Notes under the pieces: model-generated
Told to the model about the DNA's origin: nothing
What the model saw: only the letters and a program-made list of their open reading frames with translations
Database searches by the model: none
Assembly: GCA_964016885.1 (NCBI GenBank)
Contig: OZ024745.1
Span: forward strand, 127,534,001 to 127,598,000
DNA from: Eledone cirrhosa
Lineage: Eukaryota
Reading direction: 5' to 3'
DNA: 64,000 nucleotides
Program-made: the position numbers and the translations under genes
Shown here: positions 40,538 to 54,661 of the stretch, piece after piece
Numbering within the stretch: the first letter of the stretch is position 1
Layout of the letters: every line of letters starts with the position of its first letter

Positions 40538-40824
40538 ACATAATAAAAGATAACTTCATCTTTTTCCCTCTCCTTCAGAAACACGTATTTTTTTTCTACT
40601 ATCATTGCCACCATTGCAACGATCAACGACAACAACAGCAACAACAACGATACCACCAACTAAACCACCACCGCTGCTCCTCCTACTCCATCGCCACAGC
40701 CGGTTGCAGAAATGACAACAACAAAAACAAAAGCGAAAGCTTGAGGAAAGAAAAGGAGAGCAAGGGCAGCAGGGTTATAGGCAGCAACAACTTATTTAAT
40801 AGCATATATAATGATATGATAACC

Positions 40825-41015
40825 AACACCACTACCACCACTACCACCACAACCACCACCACCACTACCATCACCACCACCACCACCACCACTACCATCA
40901 CCACCACCAACACCACTACCACCACCACCACCACCACCACCACCACCACCACCACCACCACCACCACCACCACCACCACCACCACTACCACTACCAGCAC
41001 CACCACCACCAACAC
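40825..41015. repeat. (ACC)n microsatellite
   Basis: Direct reading. Confidence 0.95.
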
Positions 41016-41199
41016 TTCCATGTATTGAATGTATTGCTTCCTAGTTTCTGTGTTTTCTTTTGGTGAAAGTAACCTGTTCCTCTGGTCAGACGGTCCGGTC
41101 CATTTGCAATTAAAACCTCTATGCAGATAACTTGGCATACCGCGTCTGATGATGCGTGGATATGCACCGAGGCCACGGCATATATTGGCGTTCTTAGTC

Positions 41200-41660
41200 G
41201 ACCAGCAGTTGTTGTCTTATCGGAGATCGAAAACCAGGATGGGGAGATTGGCTTCGTGTAATGTTGTCTGGCACTCACAACCGGCTACTGTGCAGGTAAT
41301 ATGGTCGTTAGAATTTCGACCTTAACATTCTATAAAGATTAGTGGTGGAGAAGAACGATGATATTCTAAGAGAAACTCTTGGCATCCAGGCTGATCTGTG
41401 GCGGATTACTTTCTGGCCGGGAACTGTGGATATTTTCTAGAAATCTCTGTCTTTGTAGTTCGGGACAAACTCTTTAGGCACGGAAGCTTTGTCAGGATGT
41501 GCGCAGATGTGTGCTTCGTAGGTGTGTGCAGAGCGTCAAAACCGCTCTAAACGCACTTTCTCACTGTCCAAGCATGGCTGGTATGTGATAATTTGTTGAA
41601 CAGCTGCTGGCGCGTGTAGGACAGATCCGATTATCAGCAGAGTCCATCGTTGTCCCTGAG
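41200..41660 (+). pseudogene. Decayed Tx1/L1 ORF2 C-terminal region (zinc knuckle)
   Basis: VRDKLFRHG..C..QSVKTALNAL.HCP..FVEQLLARVGQIRLSAESI. Confidence 0.7.
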
Positions 41661-42434
41661 ATGTTTATGTAATGGCCCATGTCCTAATACTCACACTTTA
41701 AGTTATATGAAGTACAGATTGATATGTGCTCAAAGCAAAGCTCTATAAATGAACTACATATTGGTATGTACTAATACCAAAGCTCTATAAATCGGATAAT
41801 TATGCTTGCATAAATTGCCTAAAGCCATAGCTCTTTATTTTAATTGCTGCAGTTCTACATATTATTAGGAAAACTGCTAAAAATTAGTTTCCGAATTCAT
41901 TGAGCTATTAAACCGTTTAGAACCCCAACTACTTTCGATGATGGTACCCATATTTTTCATGAAAGTATAGCTCATCTTGAAATGTTACCTGTTGAAAAGT
42001 TTGAATCATTTGAGTTCTGTGAGTAAGTTTTACTAGGGAAGGTTTGCAAGTTCTTTAAATTAGGATTTCTGGCTTCCTTAACTGAAGGTGGGGAGGGCTA
42101 AAGTTTGAGCATAATTTTTTTTTTTTCTAAATCATTACCCTCAGCATTTAGTTTTAGTGATACTCTGCTCATCCAAATGTTATTTGGTCTGAAAAGATAT
42201 CCGAAAAGTGCCGTTGGATAAGGTTCTTTAAAACAGTAGCAGAGGGTGAAGTTTTGGTTTTTATACAAACACACACATATGTTCATATGATCGTGTTTTA
42301 TTATCGCTGTGGTAGTGGTTTAGCGTTGTTAGTTTTATAATTTGAGCAATAGTAGTTACACTCGTGTGGGCGTCAGTGTTGTTACTAGTGATATCCATGG
42401 GATGGTTCTGGTGTAATGGCTAGTTAAGAGTTGT

Positions 42435-42537
42435 TAGTAGTAGTAGTAGTAGTAGTAGTGGTAGTAGTAGGTGTAGTAGCAGTAGTAGTAGTAGTAGCAG
42501 CAGCAGCACTAGTAGTAGTAGTAGTAGTAGTAGTAGT

Positions 42538-42571
<34 letters not shown>

Positions 42572-42605
42572 TAGTAGTAGTAGTAGTAGTAGCAGCAACA
42601 GCAGC

Positions 42606-42640
<35 letters not shown>

Positions 42641-42674
42641 CAGCAGCAGCAGTAGTAGTAGTAGTAGTAGTAGT

Positions 42675-42706
<32 letters not shown>

Positions 42707-42749
42707 TAGTAGTAACAGCAGCAGCAGCAGTAGTAGTAGTAGTAGTAAC

Positions 42750-42787
<38 letters not shown>

Positions 42788-42840
42788 CAGTAGTAGTAGT
42801 AGTAGTAGTGGTAGTAGTAACAGCAGCAACAGCAGCAGTA
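42435..42840. repeat. (TAG)n/(CAG)n compound trinucleotide repeat
   Basis: Direct reading. Confidence 0.95.
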
Positions 42841-43348
42841 ATATTACTATTGGTGAATGTAATTTGTTATAATTTTGTTATTTTGTTATTGTTATCTATA
42901 TTGTTTACACGTTGTTATATGTACCCCCACCACTGTCCCCTTACGGGGTCGATAAAATCAAGTACCAGTAATGCACTGAGATAAATGATGGCCTTGTGCC
43001 AAACGTAGAAACAATTATTACGAGTATAAGTAATAACAGTAGTAGTAGCAGCAGTATTAGTAATAGTAGTAGTTGTGGTGGTGGTGGGTTTTAAGTTACG
43101 TGGTTGTGGTGGCGTATTTCATCGTATGACGGAGTGTACCACGTGTGTCTGCCAGCGTCTGCCAGTGTATGAGAGGAAATAATATTTTAGTAGCGCCATC
43201 TTGTTCATTTTCTTTTATCTATTTTACTCTTTTATTGTTGATTTAGACCAAAAACGTATAGATAGAATAGCACAAACACCCCCTTACATACATACATACA
43301 TACACACACACGAGCACATAACTACACACGTGCGTACTGCGTGTGTTA

Positions 43349-43390
<42 letters not shown>

Positions 43391-43394
<4 letters not shown>

Positions 43395-43520
43395 TGGCTG
43401 CCAACTCGTTTTCGAGTACGGCCACTACTTTATATCCATGTAGGAGAACCCCTACCGATGCGCTGAACAAGTGTGACTTTTTAGTCCAGCCAGCGACTTG
43501 AAAACTCTGGTACAAACACT
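43391..43520 (-). mobile_element. RTE LINE 3' end copy in (TA)n
   Basis: [22 protein letters not shown] plus conserved tail. Confidence 0.8.
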
Positions 43521-43598
43521 TGGTAAATATATATACATACATATATACATACATATATATATATATCTATATCTATATCTATATATAAATATATACAG

Positions 43599-43766
<168 letters not shown>

Positions 43767-44229
43767 TGAATGTAGACATATATGCACGTATGTATTTAGG
43801 TTTGTATGTATGTAGACGTGGATGTATATATTATATAAATAGGTAGATATAGGTATGCGTGTAGATGTTAGTTTAACCAGGATTGTTAGTGTGTGTGCTT
43901 GCGTGGGCACACTCACACATGCACACACACATACATACACACACACACACACATACGCACATACACACACACAATACCTGCATGCAATCACTAGCTAATG
44001 TGTTTGAATATATTAGTCAACAATCCAAATTCTAACATCCACATCGTTATAATTTACCCACGTACTCGTAATACAAAATGTCAGAGCTTTCAACAGAACA
44101 ACCGCTCAAATTACCTTTATCATCTTGCATGGCCCATCAAGAAATTCAAGTCAACCGTTATTAGTGTAGATTTACTCTCAAGTGTTCATTCAGATAAACC
44201 TCATAGCTAATATTCCAGCGTAACACAAT

Positions 44230-44570
44230 TAACCCTATCAGTCTGTCGAAGGCTTCTAATGAACATTTCCAAGCCTATCACATTACATCTATCCATTATA
44301 TGTTATTAGTTCTTCCGTATAACCAACCCACTTCACATAAAATTTGTTAAAAGCATTCAAGTTATACATTGAAGTATATGTGACATAATCAGGCTTGTGT
44401 CTTCTTGCTGCGCCGTAAAACTGCTTGTAGAAACGAAGATTCAGAAATGAAGTGAATTCTTGTATTGAAAACATCTTGAAGACCCTCTGATATAACATAG
44501 CAGCTACGTTTGAAATATTATAGTTTCTCGCCATCTTGCACTCACTTGTCACGAGATATTTAACTATGAA
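44230..44570 (-). pseudogene. Possible ancient R4/Dong-like RLE remnant
   Basis: IVKYLVTSECKMARNY..NVAAML..ARRHKPD..VIG aligns loosely with HIVSEC..LA..Y..RHD.VA / RPD / VIGALG. Confidence 0.35.
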
Positions 44571-45144
44571 TATTCAATGAAATAATGAAATACACATCGT
44601 ACAAGTGGATGTCATTATAATCCAATGATGTATTGTATGTGACTACTATAAAAAGACTCCTTTCGTAGTGTGTAAATTGAGGATAATTTAGCTACTATTT
44701 CGAACAGGTTGTGTAAGCCACGTAGAGGGCTTTCCCGTTTTCCTATATTACAATTTTGACTGGGTGCTATCATAGCACAGCTTTGAAATTAAGGATATAG
44801 ATATGACAAAAATAAAAAAATAATGAAAAAATAAGCAGTAAAATAAAATAAAATCTCTCCAAAATGAAATCTGAACTAATTTGTGATTTAGTTTTTTTGT
44901 TATGTTTATATTTTATTGCATTTATTTATTTGTTTATTTACTTATGTTGCCTTATTAAAATAAGATATGAAAAAAAATGAAGAAAATACAAGCTAAGGTA
45001 AACAAATACACGACGCTGGGTTTGAAGATTGTATGGGTGTATAAGTGTGTATGTATGTGTGTATGTGAGTGTTTATATATGTGTAAATACACACACACAC
45101 ATATATATATATAATGTGCCTGTATTTACAAATATATATATATA

Positions 45145-45183
<39 letters not shown>

Positions 45184-46269
45184 GTAAATATATAAATATA
45201 GATATGAATAATTATATTTGTATATATATATATGTACACAAATATATATATATATGTACAAATGTATATATATAAGCATACAAATATATGGAGACAGGCA
45301 GTCTACACATCTTGCAGTTTTAATATCTTGAAAGGTTTGTTTATAGCAGCTGGTGGCGGGGTTACTGTTGTTGTTGGTAGGTGTGGTGTCATTGGTGGTG
45401 GTAAGGGTGGTGACGCTGGTTGTGGGGGGATAGTGTATAGGGTTGGTGCATGTTGTGATGGTGACGTTTGACGCGGTTATAGTGATAGTGGTAGTAATGG
45501 TAATGTGTTATTGTTGCTGTTTTTGTTGTGGGGGTGTGGAGGTGGTATTGTTTGATCGTCTGCCTTGGATACGGAAAGAATGTTTGAGTTGGTGGCCCTG
45601 GTTGAGGTCACGTTGAAGTCGTTGTTGTTCTTGATTAACCCAATGTCAACCCTAATCAAGTAAACCTACAATGAAAGGCATTCAAGCCATGACTATCCCG
45701 TCAGTTTTGTTTTTTCTTGTCTTTTTATTTTTTTTGATTTCCAGGCATAGTACATCTAGGACTACATCATCCAGTTTTTCTTTTCCTTTCTTCTATGTTG
45801 TTAGATTGTAATAAATATCTATTTGGCTGTCATTTCTAACAGGTGGAATGAAACGAAGAAGTTTCTTTGTTAGCTCAATGCTGATGCTGTTGCTGTTGTT
45901 GCTGTCGTTATTGTTGTTGCTTTTGCTGTTGTTGTTGTTGTTAGGGTTAGCTACAACCCACAGACCCCGTTATAAAAGATATACCGTGATTCGTATTATA
46001 TTAGGACCACATTATCCATTATGGCATGCAGTGGCTTATCAGATGCAGTGTTGAGAGGCAGTTCAAACATGTTTTTTCTTTGTACTTGGTCAGTGTGTTC
46101 TCATATGTAAGTTGTTGTTTATACGCATATAAGTCTTGATAAAGAAGATTTACATTGAAAGATGCTCTTTCTGTAACCTTCCAGTATTTTCTTCATCATT
46201 GTGTACTACTGACTACAGTATTCAATATGTCCTTACTTTCGTTGGTAGAATTCTTATTAAGGGATTTCT

Positions 46270-46570
46270 AACAAAATCACAGCTCCGATACTATAGACAT
46301 GTGGTTAGAATGTCTCAAGAAAGAATCACTGGACAGGTTTTATGGGCAGAACCAGTCGCCAGGATAGTCAAGGGTAGATCCTGAGCAGGGTGGTTGGATA
46401 ACATCCATGAGCTTGGCTGGTTTCGCTAGGGGATCCATCCGGATCAGATGGAGACAATTGCTTCTGACAGGACCCACTGGAAGGAGTGTTTGAGGACTCT
46501 GCCTCCAAGACCCTCTCAAGAAGAAGAAGAAGAAGAAGAAGAAGAAGAAGAAGAAGAAGAAGAAGAAGAA
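46270..46570 (+). mobile_element. RTE-like LINE 3' end with (GAA)n tail
   Basis: SQLRYYRHVVRMSQERITGQVLWAEP..GR..WLDNI..DRTHWKECLRTLPPRPSQ. Confidence 0.75.
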
Positions 46571-47269
46571 TGAAATCCACACGTAGTGGCCTTTTTTTTC
46601 TTTCTTATTTCCTCATTCGAATGTCAATATTTTCTTGTTGTAGACAAGTCTCTGACGATAGCATAACTCCGGAATCAGCTGGATTACAAGAGTTATCGTT
46701 CTTCTATACTTTTCATCTGGTGGTATGCACCGCAGTACATTGTTTAGGATGAATAAGTGTATTGATGCTTGAACTATTTGAATTATTAACCAGCTTTATT
46801 TACGACCACACCCGACATTCTTAAAAGAGATGGACTTACTAGAAAAGGGACGTCACGGCTATTATTGTTTCAGCTGTTGCGGTTGGTAATATTTTATAAT
46901 GGCTGATTTTATTTGTGTTGCTACTTTTTATTGACACTGTACTGTTTATGATGGTGACAGCGATTTTGATTTTCATTCGTTTTCTTTTGTCATTTTTATA
47001 GCCTTGTTTACGTAAGCTTTTCAATATAGGTGTGCTCTTTGTCGTCACTGTTGCTGTTCTCGATATTTTAGATACTGTTGTTCTTTTTTGATACATTTCA
47101 ACATTTAAATTGTTACTGCTACCTTTGTTGTTCTCATTGTTTTTGTTGTTGTAGTTTGACTGATGAAAAAAAAAACTAAAAAAAAAAAACGTTTTTCTGT
47201 TGGTATCGTTGTTTTCTATTTGTGTTACACTTATTTTAAAATAGTATTCTTACTCGTCGTCGGCACCAC

Positions 47270-47690
47270 TCGGACACGAGTTTCGTTCATCTGGCGCCTC
47301 CATGATGCTTTGAACCTGACACGGCTCAGAAGGCCAAGTCGGGAGTGGAACAATCTCGCTCATTGATCACATGTCAGGTCGGTGCGTGGTGGTCCTGGCT
47401 GGAATTGCCGGGCCTTGCGTTGCTTTCTTTTTTTCCTCTTATTCAATCCCCCTTTTCTCGAAAGTGGAACAACCAGATTGAATTGCTCTTCTCCAGTAAG
47501 GACGATCGGCGGCTTCTGTTTCCCAGTTTCTAGGGCTGATTCCGGCTTAAAAGAGGGAAGACTTCAGTTGATCTTTGAATCTGCATTTTGGGGCTCTACG
47601 ATGTAGTTTGCCGTTGATGAAGTTGCTGTAGAGGATCGTCTGTGGGAGTCCTGAAGAGGCCATTCGGGTGACATATTGTCACTAATAGTA
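47270..47690 (-). mobile_element. RTE (BovB-like) LINE 3' end
   Basis: RFKDQLKSSL..WETEAADRPYWRRAI..FE..TCDQ*ARLFHSRLGLLS. Confidence 0.8.
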
Positions 47691-47859
47691 TGAAAATTGC
47701 CAGGATCGAGAGATCGCTGGCCAAAATGCTTTCCATATGTTCTAAGTTATAATCTTAGCGCGGTCAATTTGGTCTTTCGTCTATCCGAAAGCACTGGAAT
47801 GGATATTTTCAACCGTACCTTTCCTAAAATGTGTTATCTTGTGTAAATGTAAGAAATTA

Positions 47860-48385
47860 AATTAGCAGAAATGTTAGAGTGCCGGATAAAATACTTTGCA
47901 GTATTTGCTCCGGATCTTTACGTTCTGAGTTCAAATCCCACCGAGGTCAACTTTGCCTTTCATCCTTGTTGGCCAATAAAGTCGATTACCATTTCAATAC
48001 TGGGGTCAATGAAACCAGCTTCCTCTTTTCTAACATAACAGGCATTTTACCTAAAGTAGAAATCATAATTTATATTATTGCTATAAGGTAAAATGCTTGG
48101 CAAAACTGTAGTAACTTCGAAGTAAATCACTGCAATAATTATTCCGGCTTTTTACGATTCGAATTCGAATGTTGCTGAAGTCAAATTAGCTTTATATCTT
48201 TCTGGGGTCGATAAAATAAAGTACCTGTAAAATACTGGAGTCAAATTGTAGGTCTTTTGCCCAAATTGGAAACTATTTGTAGGACTGCAGACTCGGTAAA
48301 GTGACAAAGAAATTCACAACAAATATCCATTGCATTCCGAGTTCAAATCCCATCGTTGTCGACGTTGGCTCTCATCATCGGTTGA
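47860..48385 (+). mobile_element. Cluster of old SINE A-related copies
   Basis: Repeated gagttcaaatccc..gtcaactttgcc..ggggtcgataaaataaagtacc. Confidence 0.65.
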
Positions 48386-48798
48386 TATAATTGATTGTAA
48401 CTGTCACCGCAATTATGTGACATATTATTTATAGCAATATCTACTGTTACGTCAATTGTACGTAGGCATGTGATGATATTTCTTTCTATAAAATCAGAAA
48501 TATAATGTTGCCTATAGTTGAGATTCTTTCTGTGTAAGAAAGGTGGGGCACATTTTAATTATGAAGAAGATATTCTGTCCATTTCCTAGGCTGAATAAAC
48601 AAACTTTACTCATACATATTAGGTGACTTAGTCAAGCAGAGCCAGGTAGGGGGTCCCATGATTAGGATGGGTTGATGGTTATAGGCGAAGTCAGACATGA
48701 CATGATATTTTTAAGAGGACACACTCACAAACACATATATCTATTTACCTCTCTATCTAACTTTCTCTCTCTCTCAGCTCTCGTTCTCTCTCCACACA

Positions 48799-48866
<68 letters not shown>

Positions 48867-48870
<4 letters not shown>

Positions 48871-49058
48871 AAAACGTATGACCCCGACGGCAGAGCTCAA
48901 GCCATTTCGACGGCTATTTCTGGACAGAAATAGCCGTCGAAATGGCTTGAGCTCTGCCGTCGGGGTTATACTTTTTCCTATTTCCCACTCTACTACCCCA
49001 GTATTGAGTACTCTGGTGCGTTATGGTCCATCTGGCTCCTTACCACAATTCCTTTGTT
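48867..49058 (+). mobile_element. Fold-back element family F
   Basis: Arms gagctcaagccatttcgacggc / gccgtcgaaatggcttgagctc. Confidence 0.85.
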
Positions 49059-49203
49059 ATATATATATATATATGTAAAGTTCTATTTAGATTGTTGGGA
49101 TACAACAAGCAAATATTTTTATAACTGATATAAAGCACTCAACAAATATTTGGAGTAAAAATACGATATTAATAAATGGAAACTATATTTATAAAACCAT
49201 ATT

Positions 49204-49268
49204 TATTTCATTATACATATTTCAAGGACACCAAGTTAAATTATGGTGTGCTTTCATCAGATAAAATA
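49204..49268 (-). ncRNA. Putative hammerhead ribozyme (H1) in element 49076-49385
   Basis: tattttat CTGATGA aagcacacca-loop-tggtgtcctt GAAA tatgta TA atgaaata. Confidence 0.75.
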
Positions 49269-49380
49269 TAATATAGAACAGTTTTATAAATAAATATTGA
49301 CATACCCTTAAAGAATGCAACCATTACTGTTGAATTATGTATAATGAAATAAATATGGTTTTATAAATATAGTTTCCATT

Positions 49381-49483
<103 letters not shown>

Positions 49484-49538
49484 AGTTTATCCCGGGCTCA
49501 ATCGGGGATAACCACAGTAAGTAAGGTACTCAATACAA

Positions 49539-50100
<562 letters not shown>

Positions 50101-50702
50101 ACTGCAGGCTGCCATATTTGAGAGTGTGTGATAAAATAATCTTTAATTTAAATTAGAATACCAAAGAAAGAATTAAGATGAGTCAATGAAAATTATTCCC
50201 AGAGTAAGTAAGGGAGAAAACTCCCAAAATTTCAGTCAAAAACTATAACGTGGGGACAGTAAATATGATATTTCGGTCTATATACATAAATATGTATTAC
50301 AGTGTGTTTGGGTATATATAATTTGAGTATCAAATTTTTGAGCTGGTAACCTCATTCACTTACGGTTTTCTATTTGTGATGTTAATGGTTAGGTTTGGAG
50401 GTTGTTTAATGAGTTGTCTGGGGACATGTTTTGATGTCATTTAACTTATTAGAGTTTATCTGTTCATTATGTGAGATGTTGGATAATTGCAGGGTTTCCG
50501 TGTGGCCAGTTCTCCTTTTATTGTTTAGCTTGTGATTTATTTCAATGGCTATCCCTTTGTCGGTGCATATTCGTGAAAGGCATACGGCTAGAGATAAATT
50601 CTGTTGATTGTTTTGATTCTGTGTGGGTGCAATATGTATTACGAAAGGAGGTATTGGTCGCTGTAGAATAATATAGACCCCCCCCCCACACACACACATA
50701 TA

Positions 50703-51108
50703 TACGAGGGCAATCCCAAAAGTAAGGTCTCCTTCCGATATTGCAACTTCCGATATTGCAACTTTTCAGTTAAAATCCTATGGATGGTGCTTCGGGAAAC
50801 CTCAGGAACCAAAATGCAGAGAGCATCCAGAGTGATCCGCCGATCTTTACGCATGTTTTCCTCGGAAGGAGACCTTACTTTGGGGATTGCCCTCTATATA
50901 ATAACTGCGCGAAATTCGCACTTGGCGGTAGCGTTCAACGGGAGCTCCATTCTCAACGGCTGCCAAGCCAGGATTGAGCATCCCAGGCGAAGCGCGCGCA
51001 TGCTTGTTTGGGAGTGAAGGAAGCACCAATCACAACAGTGTTGCCAACAGCCGTACGAACAGTTTCTCTGCGTCCCCATCGCTTTGGAGACCTTACTTTT
51101 GGGATTAC

Positions 51109-51113
<5 letters not shown>
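50703..51113 (-). mobile_element. Rearranged mariner remnant with three TIRs
   Basis: TIR cgagggcaatcccaaaagtaaggtctcc (50705-50732), inverse copies at 50868-50895 and 51086-51112; transposase pieces MELPLNATAKCEFRAVI and RKDRRITL..VSRSTIHRILTEKLQYRK. Confidence 0.85.
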
Positions 51114-51162
<49 letters not shown>

Positions 51163-51412
51163 CAGTGTGTGTGTGTGTGAACGTCGGAAAGAATCTCGTG
51201 TATTCAGACTTGGAGAGGAGATGAGCTTCACCAGGCGTTAAAATGCGCTAGAAACGTCGTTTGTCAACGTTGCGCCTCTCCGACTACCCCAGGAGTTACG
51301 TGATTAAAGAAATAAAGACACTACAAGTGATATACTTCACATATAAAGCCAAAACCAGAGTTTCAAAACAAGGGACATAACTCCTTACTCCAGCTATGTG
51401 ACAAACAATAAT

Positions 51413-51829
51413 TATTTCTATTTTTGGCACAAGGCCAGCAATTATCCCAGTACATTACTGGTACTTTAATTTATCGACCCCGTGAGGATGAAAGGCAAAG
51501 TTAACCTCGGCGGGATTTGAACTCAGACCATAAAGGGCCGTAACTCTTTGCTGCAAAGCATGGCGTCCGACCATCTACCGATACTGCCAATCCGCCGCCC
51601 TTATGTGACAAACAATAATGATTTCTAGTATAGGCACAAGACCAGTAATTTGGGGGAGGGGAAAGTCGATTAAATCGAGTCCTTACTGGTGCTTTATTTT
51701 ACCGACCCCGTAAGGATGAAAGGGAAAGTTAACCTAGGCGGGATTTGAACTTAGATCATAAAGGGCCGTAACTCTATGCTGCAAAGCATGGCGTCTGACC
51801 CTCTACCGATACTGCTAACCCACCGCCCT
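51413..51829 (-). mobile_element. Two tandem SINE A copies with a triplicated target site
   Basis: tatgtgacaaacaataat at 51395, 51602 and 51830. Confidence 0.9.
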
Positions 51830-52628
51830 TATGTGACAAACAATAATACTGTATGATATAAATATCAAAATGATATACAAATTATATAAATACACCTAGT
51901 ATGCCATATTTCTTTAGTTCCAGGTTTACGTTTATCATATTGTAAGATGTTATATACTGATTATATTTAAGGCTTCTGTACAACGGTAATAAATTCTTTA
52001 TATTATTGTCATGAATGGAGTACTGAGTTACCAAACATATAATCAAAATGTTCCAGAGGTGAGGGCTCTAAAATTATCTGAGAATTTTAGCTCCGACACT
52101 ATCCATTGTTAAAATATAAGTAGTGTGAAGAATCCTTTTGCAGCAGCTACTAATTACTATGATGACTAATGTTTTAGATTCACTATTTTTGTACAGAAAT
52201 AGTTTCGTTAATAATGTCTCATTATAGAGTACCAGAAATTTTAAATGAAATAAACATCATTAATAATCAATCGAATATTTATTATTTCATAGAAGATAAT
52301 ATAAATTAATTATCTGAGAATTTTTATAATTAGTTTTATTTTCAGATTAATTTAGCCTCGATTGCTATTTAATACAGATTTTTTAAAATTTATGCGATAA
52401 AATTTAACAGAATTAATATTGATTTTTACATTAGCACAAAACTACATGTTTATGGAGTTGGAATCTTAACTGAGAATATAGAGGGATGACAAAAGATGTA
52501 AGGCAATTGGAATAGAGAATTACAATTTCTGTCACTTCACATATGTAATAATAACAATTATTTGTGTCTTACATAGACACAACGTGACACATTTTTAGTG
52601 GATGGACCATATTAATAATAATAATAAT

Positions 52629-53272
52629 TGTTTCTACATTTGGCACAAGGCCAGCAATTACCCAGTACATTACTGGTACTTTATTTTATCGACCCCGTAA
52701 GAATGAAAGGCAAAGTTAACATCGGAGGGTTTGAACTCAGAACGTAAAGGGCCATAACTCCTTGCTGTAAAGCATGGTGTCTAATGCTAATGATAATAAT
52801 GGTTTCTTATATAAGCACAAGGCCAGCACTTTTGGGGGAGGGGAAAGTCGATTAAATCGAACCTAGTGCTATATTTTATACCTGGTACTAAGCACTTGCA
52901 CGCTAGTGCTAGGTTGACAAAGAGACACTTATTTCAAGTGCAATTTAAGTATAATATAAGTTAATTGAAATGTATTTAACTGAATATTCAAAAGTTTGTT
53001 ACAATCTCGTCTCAGTGGGGAACATATATCTATCTCTACTGCACGTATGAGCAGTACAGTAATTAATGGTTTCTTATATAGGCACAAGGCCAGCAATTTT
53101 GGGAGAAGGGGAAGTAGATTAAATGACCCCAGTACGTGACTGGTACTTTATTTTATCGACCCCGTAAGGATGAAAGGCAAAGTTAACCTCGGCGGGATTT
53201 GAACTCAGACCGTAAAGGACCGTAACCCTATGCTGCAAAGCATGGCGTCCGACCGTCCACTGATACTGCCAA
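52629..53272 (-). mobile_element. Three SINE A copies/fragments (about 52629-52790, 52800-52870, 53068-53272)
   Basis: Family A tail, core and head motifs. Confidence 0.8.
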
Positions 53273-53308
53273 TGATAATAATAATAATGATAATATATTT
53301 CTTTAATG

Positions 53309-53375
<67 letters not shown>

Positions 53376-53553
53376 TATGTATACTTACATACATATATGT
53401 ATACAGACGTACATATATACATATATATATATACATATATACACATATACATATATACATATATACATATATACATATATACATATATACATATATACGT
53501 ATACAGATGTACATACATTCATATATATATACATACATATATGTATACCGACG

Positions 53554-53601
<48 letters not shown>

Positions 53602-53832
53602 TCAGAGCAAACAGCACGGACACTCTATCTCAAAATTATTTTTGAAAAGCATTTAGAAATGCGCAACCGGTAAAAACTTAAAAACTTAAAACCACAACTG
53701 AATACTAACCCATACAATCACTAATACTCTTTTATTCCTAATTAAACCATTATTCAACTGTGAACAATTTGTCAGCATTTTCTATTCCGTTTACCAATAT
53801 ATAATAACTTGTGTGTTACACCGCTATTCTTT

Positions 53833-53863
<31 letters not shown>

Positions 53864-53867
<4 letters not shown>

Positions 53868-54123
53868 CATTAAAGAAATATATTTCACCATCAATCTTTC
53901 GGTAAACCACAGTAGCCAAATCCCGGATTTTCAACGCCTTTAAGATGAAGTTGGTACAATGTGTGTATTTTTGAAAAGGGCAACACGTGCTACTAGCCAT
54001 TCGCAGATTTGAATTTGCTGTGTAAACACAGATAGTTAATTCTTCTCCCTTGTTGAAAATTCGGAATTTGGCTACTGTGGTTTACCGAAAGATTAATGGT
54101 GAAATATATTTCTTTAATGAAAT
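53864..54123. mobile_element. Fold-back element with about 70-bp inverted arms next to (TA)n
   Basis: atttcattaaagaaatatatttcaccat.aatctttcggtaaaccacagtagccaaat and its inverse. Confidence 0.85.
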
Positions 54124-54270
54124 ATATATAAGGTATCTATTTTTAAAGTTCTAGTTAAACTTTAATTAGTTACCTACATAGCTATGTGGGCTTACACACT
54201 TTTACAAATTATTCCCTGTGATTGTTTCATATGTTTATTTTATATATATATATGTTAACCAATTTCTAGT

Positions 54271-54312
<42 letters not shown>

Positions 54313-54327
54313 ACTAGAAATTCTCAC

Positions 54328-54364
<37 letters not shown>

Positions 54365-54396
54365 TGAGAAAAACCACAGACCCTCCATCTCAACTC

Positions 54397-54436
54397 TACT
54401 TTTGAAAAGCAGAAGAACTGCGAAACCGGTAAAGGA
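54397..54436 (+). ncRNA. Putative U3-A8 variant minimal hammerhead (H4)
   Basis: ctt TTGAAAA gcag aagaa ctgc GAAAC cg GT A aag; related copy at 53638-53676. Confidence 0.5.
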
Positions 54437-54566
54437 ACCAAATAAATATATATATTTAAAAAAAAAATAAGACTCCAGTTGCATTTTCGATTTCATCTCT
54501 TTTTCTTTATACTTTCACTCGTGTAGGACACCTCGGTTATTTCTCAATTTGTAAAAAAAACCTCAC

Positions 54567-54661
<95 letters not shown>

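Noticed and set aside
44300-44345. FYVKWVGY chromodomain-like motif
   Set aside because: Isolated short match; the surrounding frame fits a decayed RLE element at least as well.
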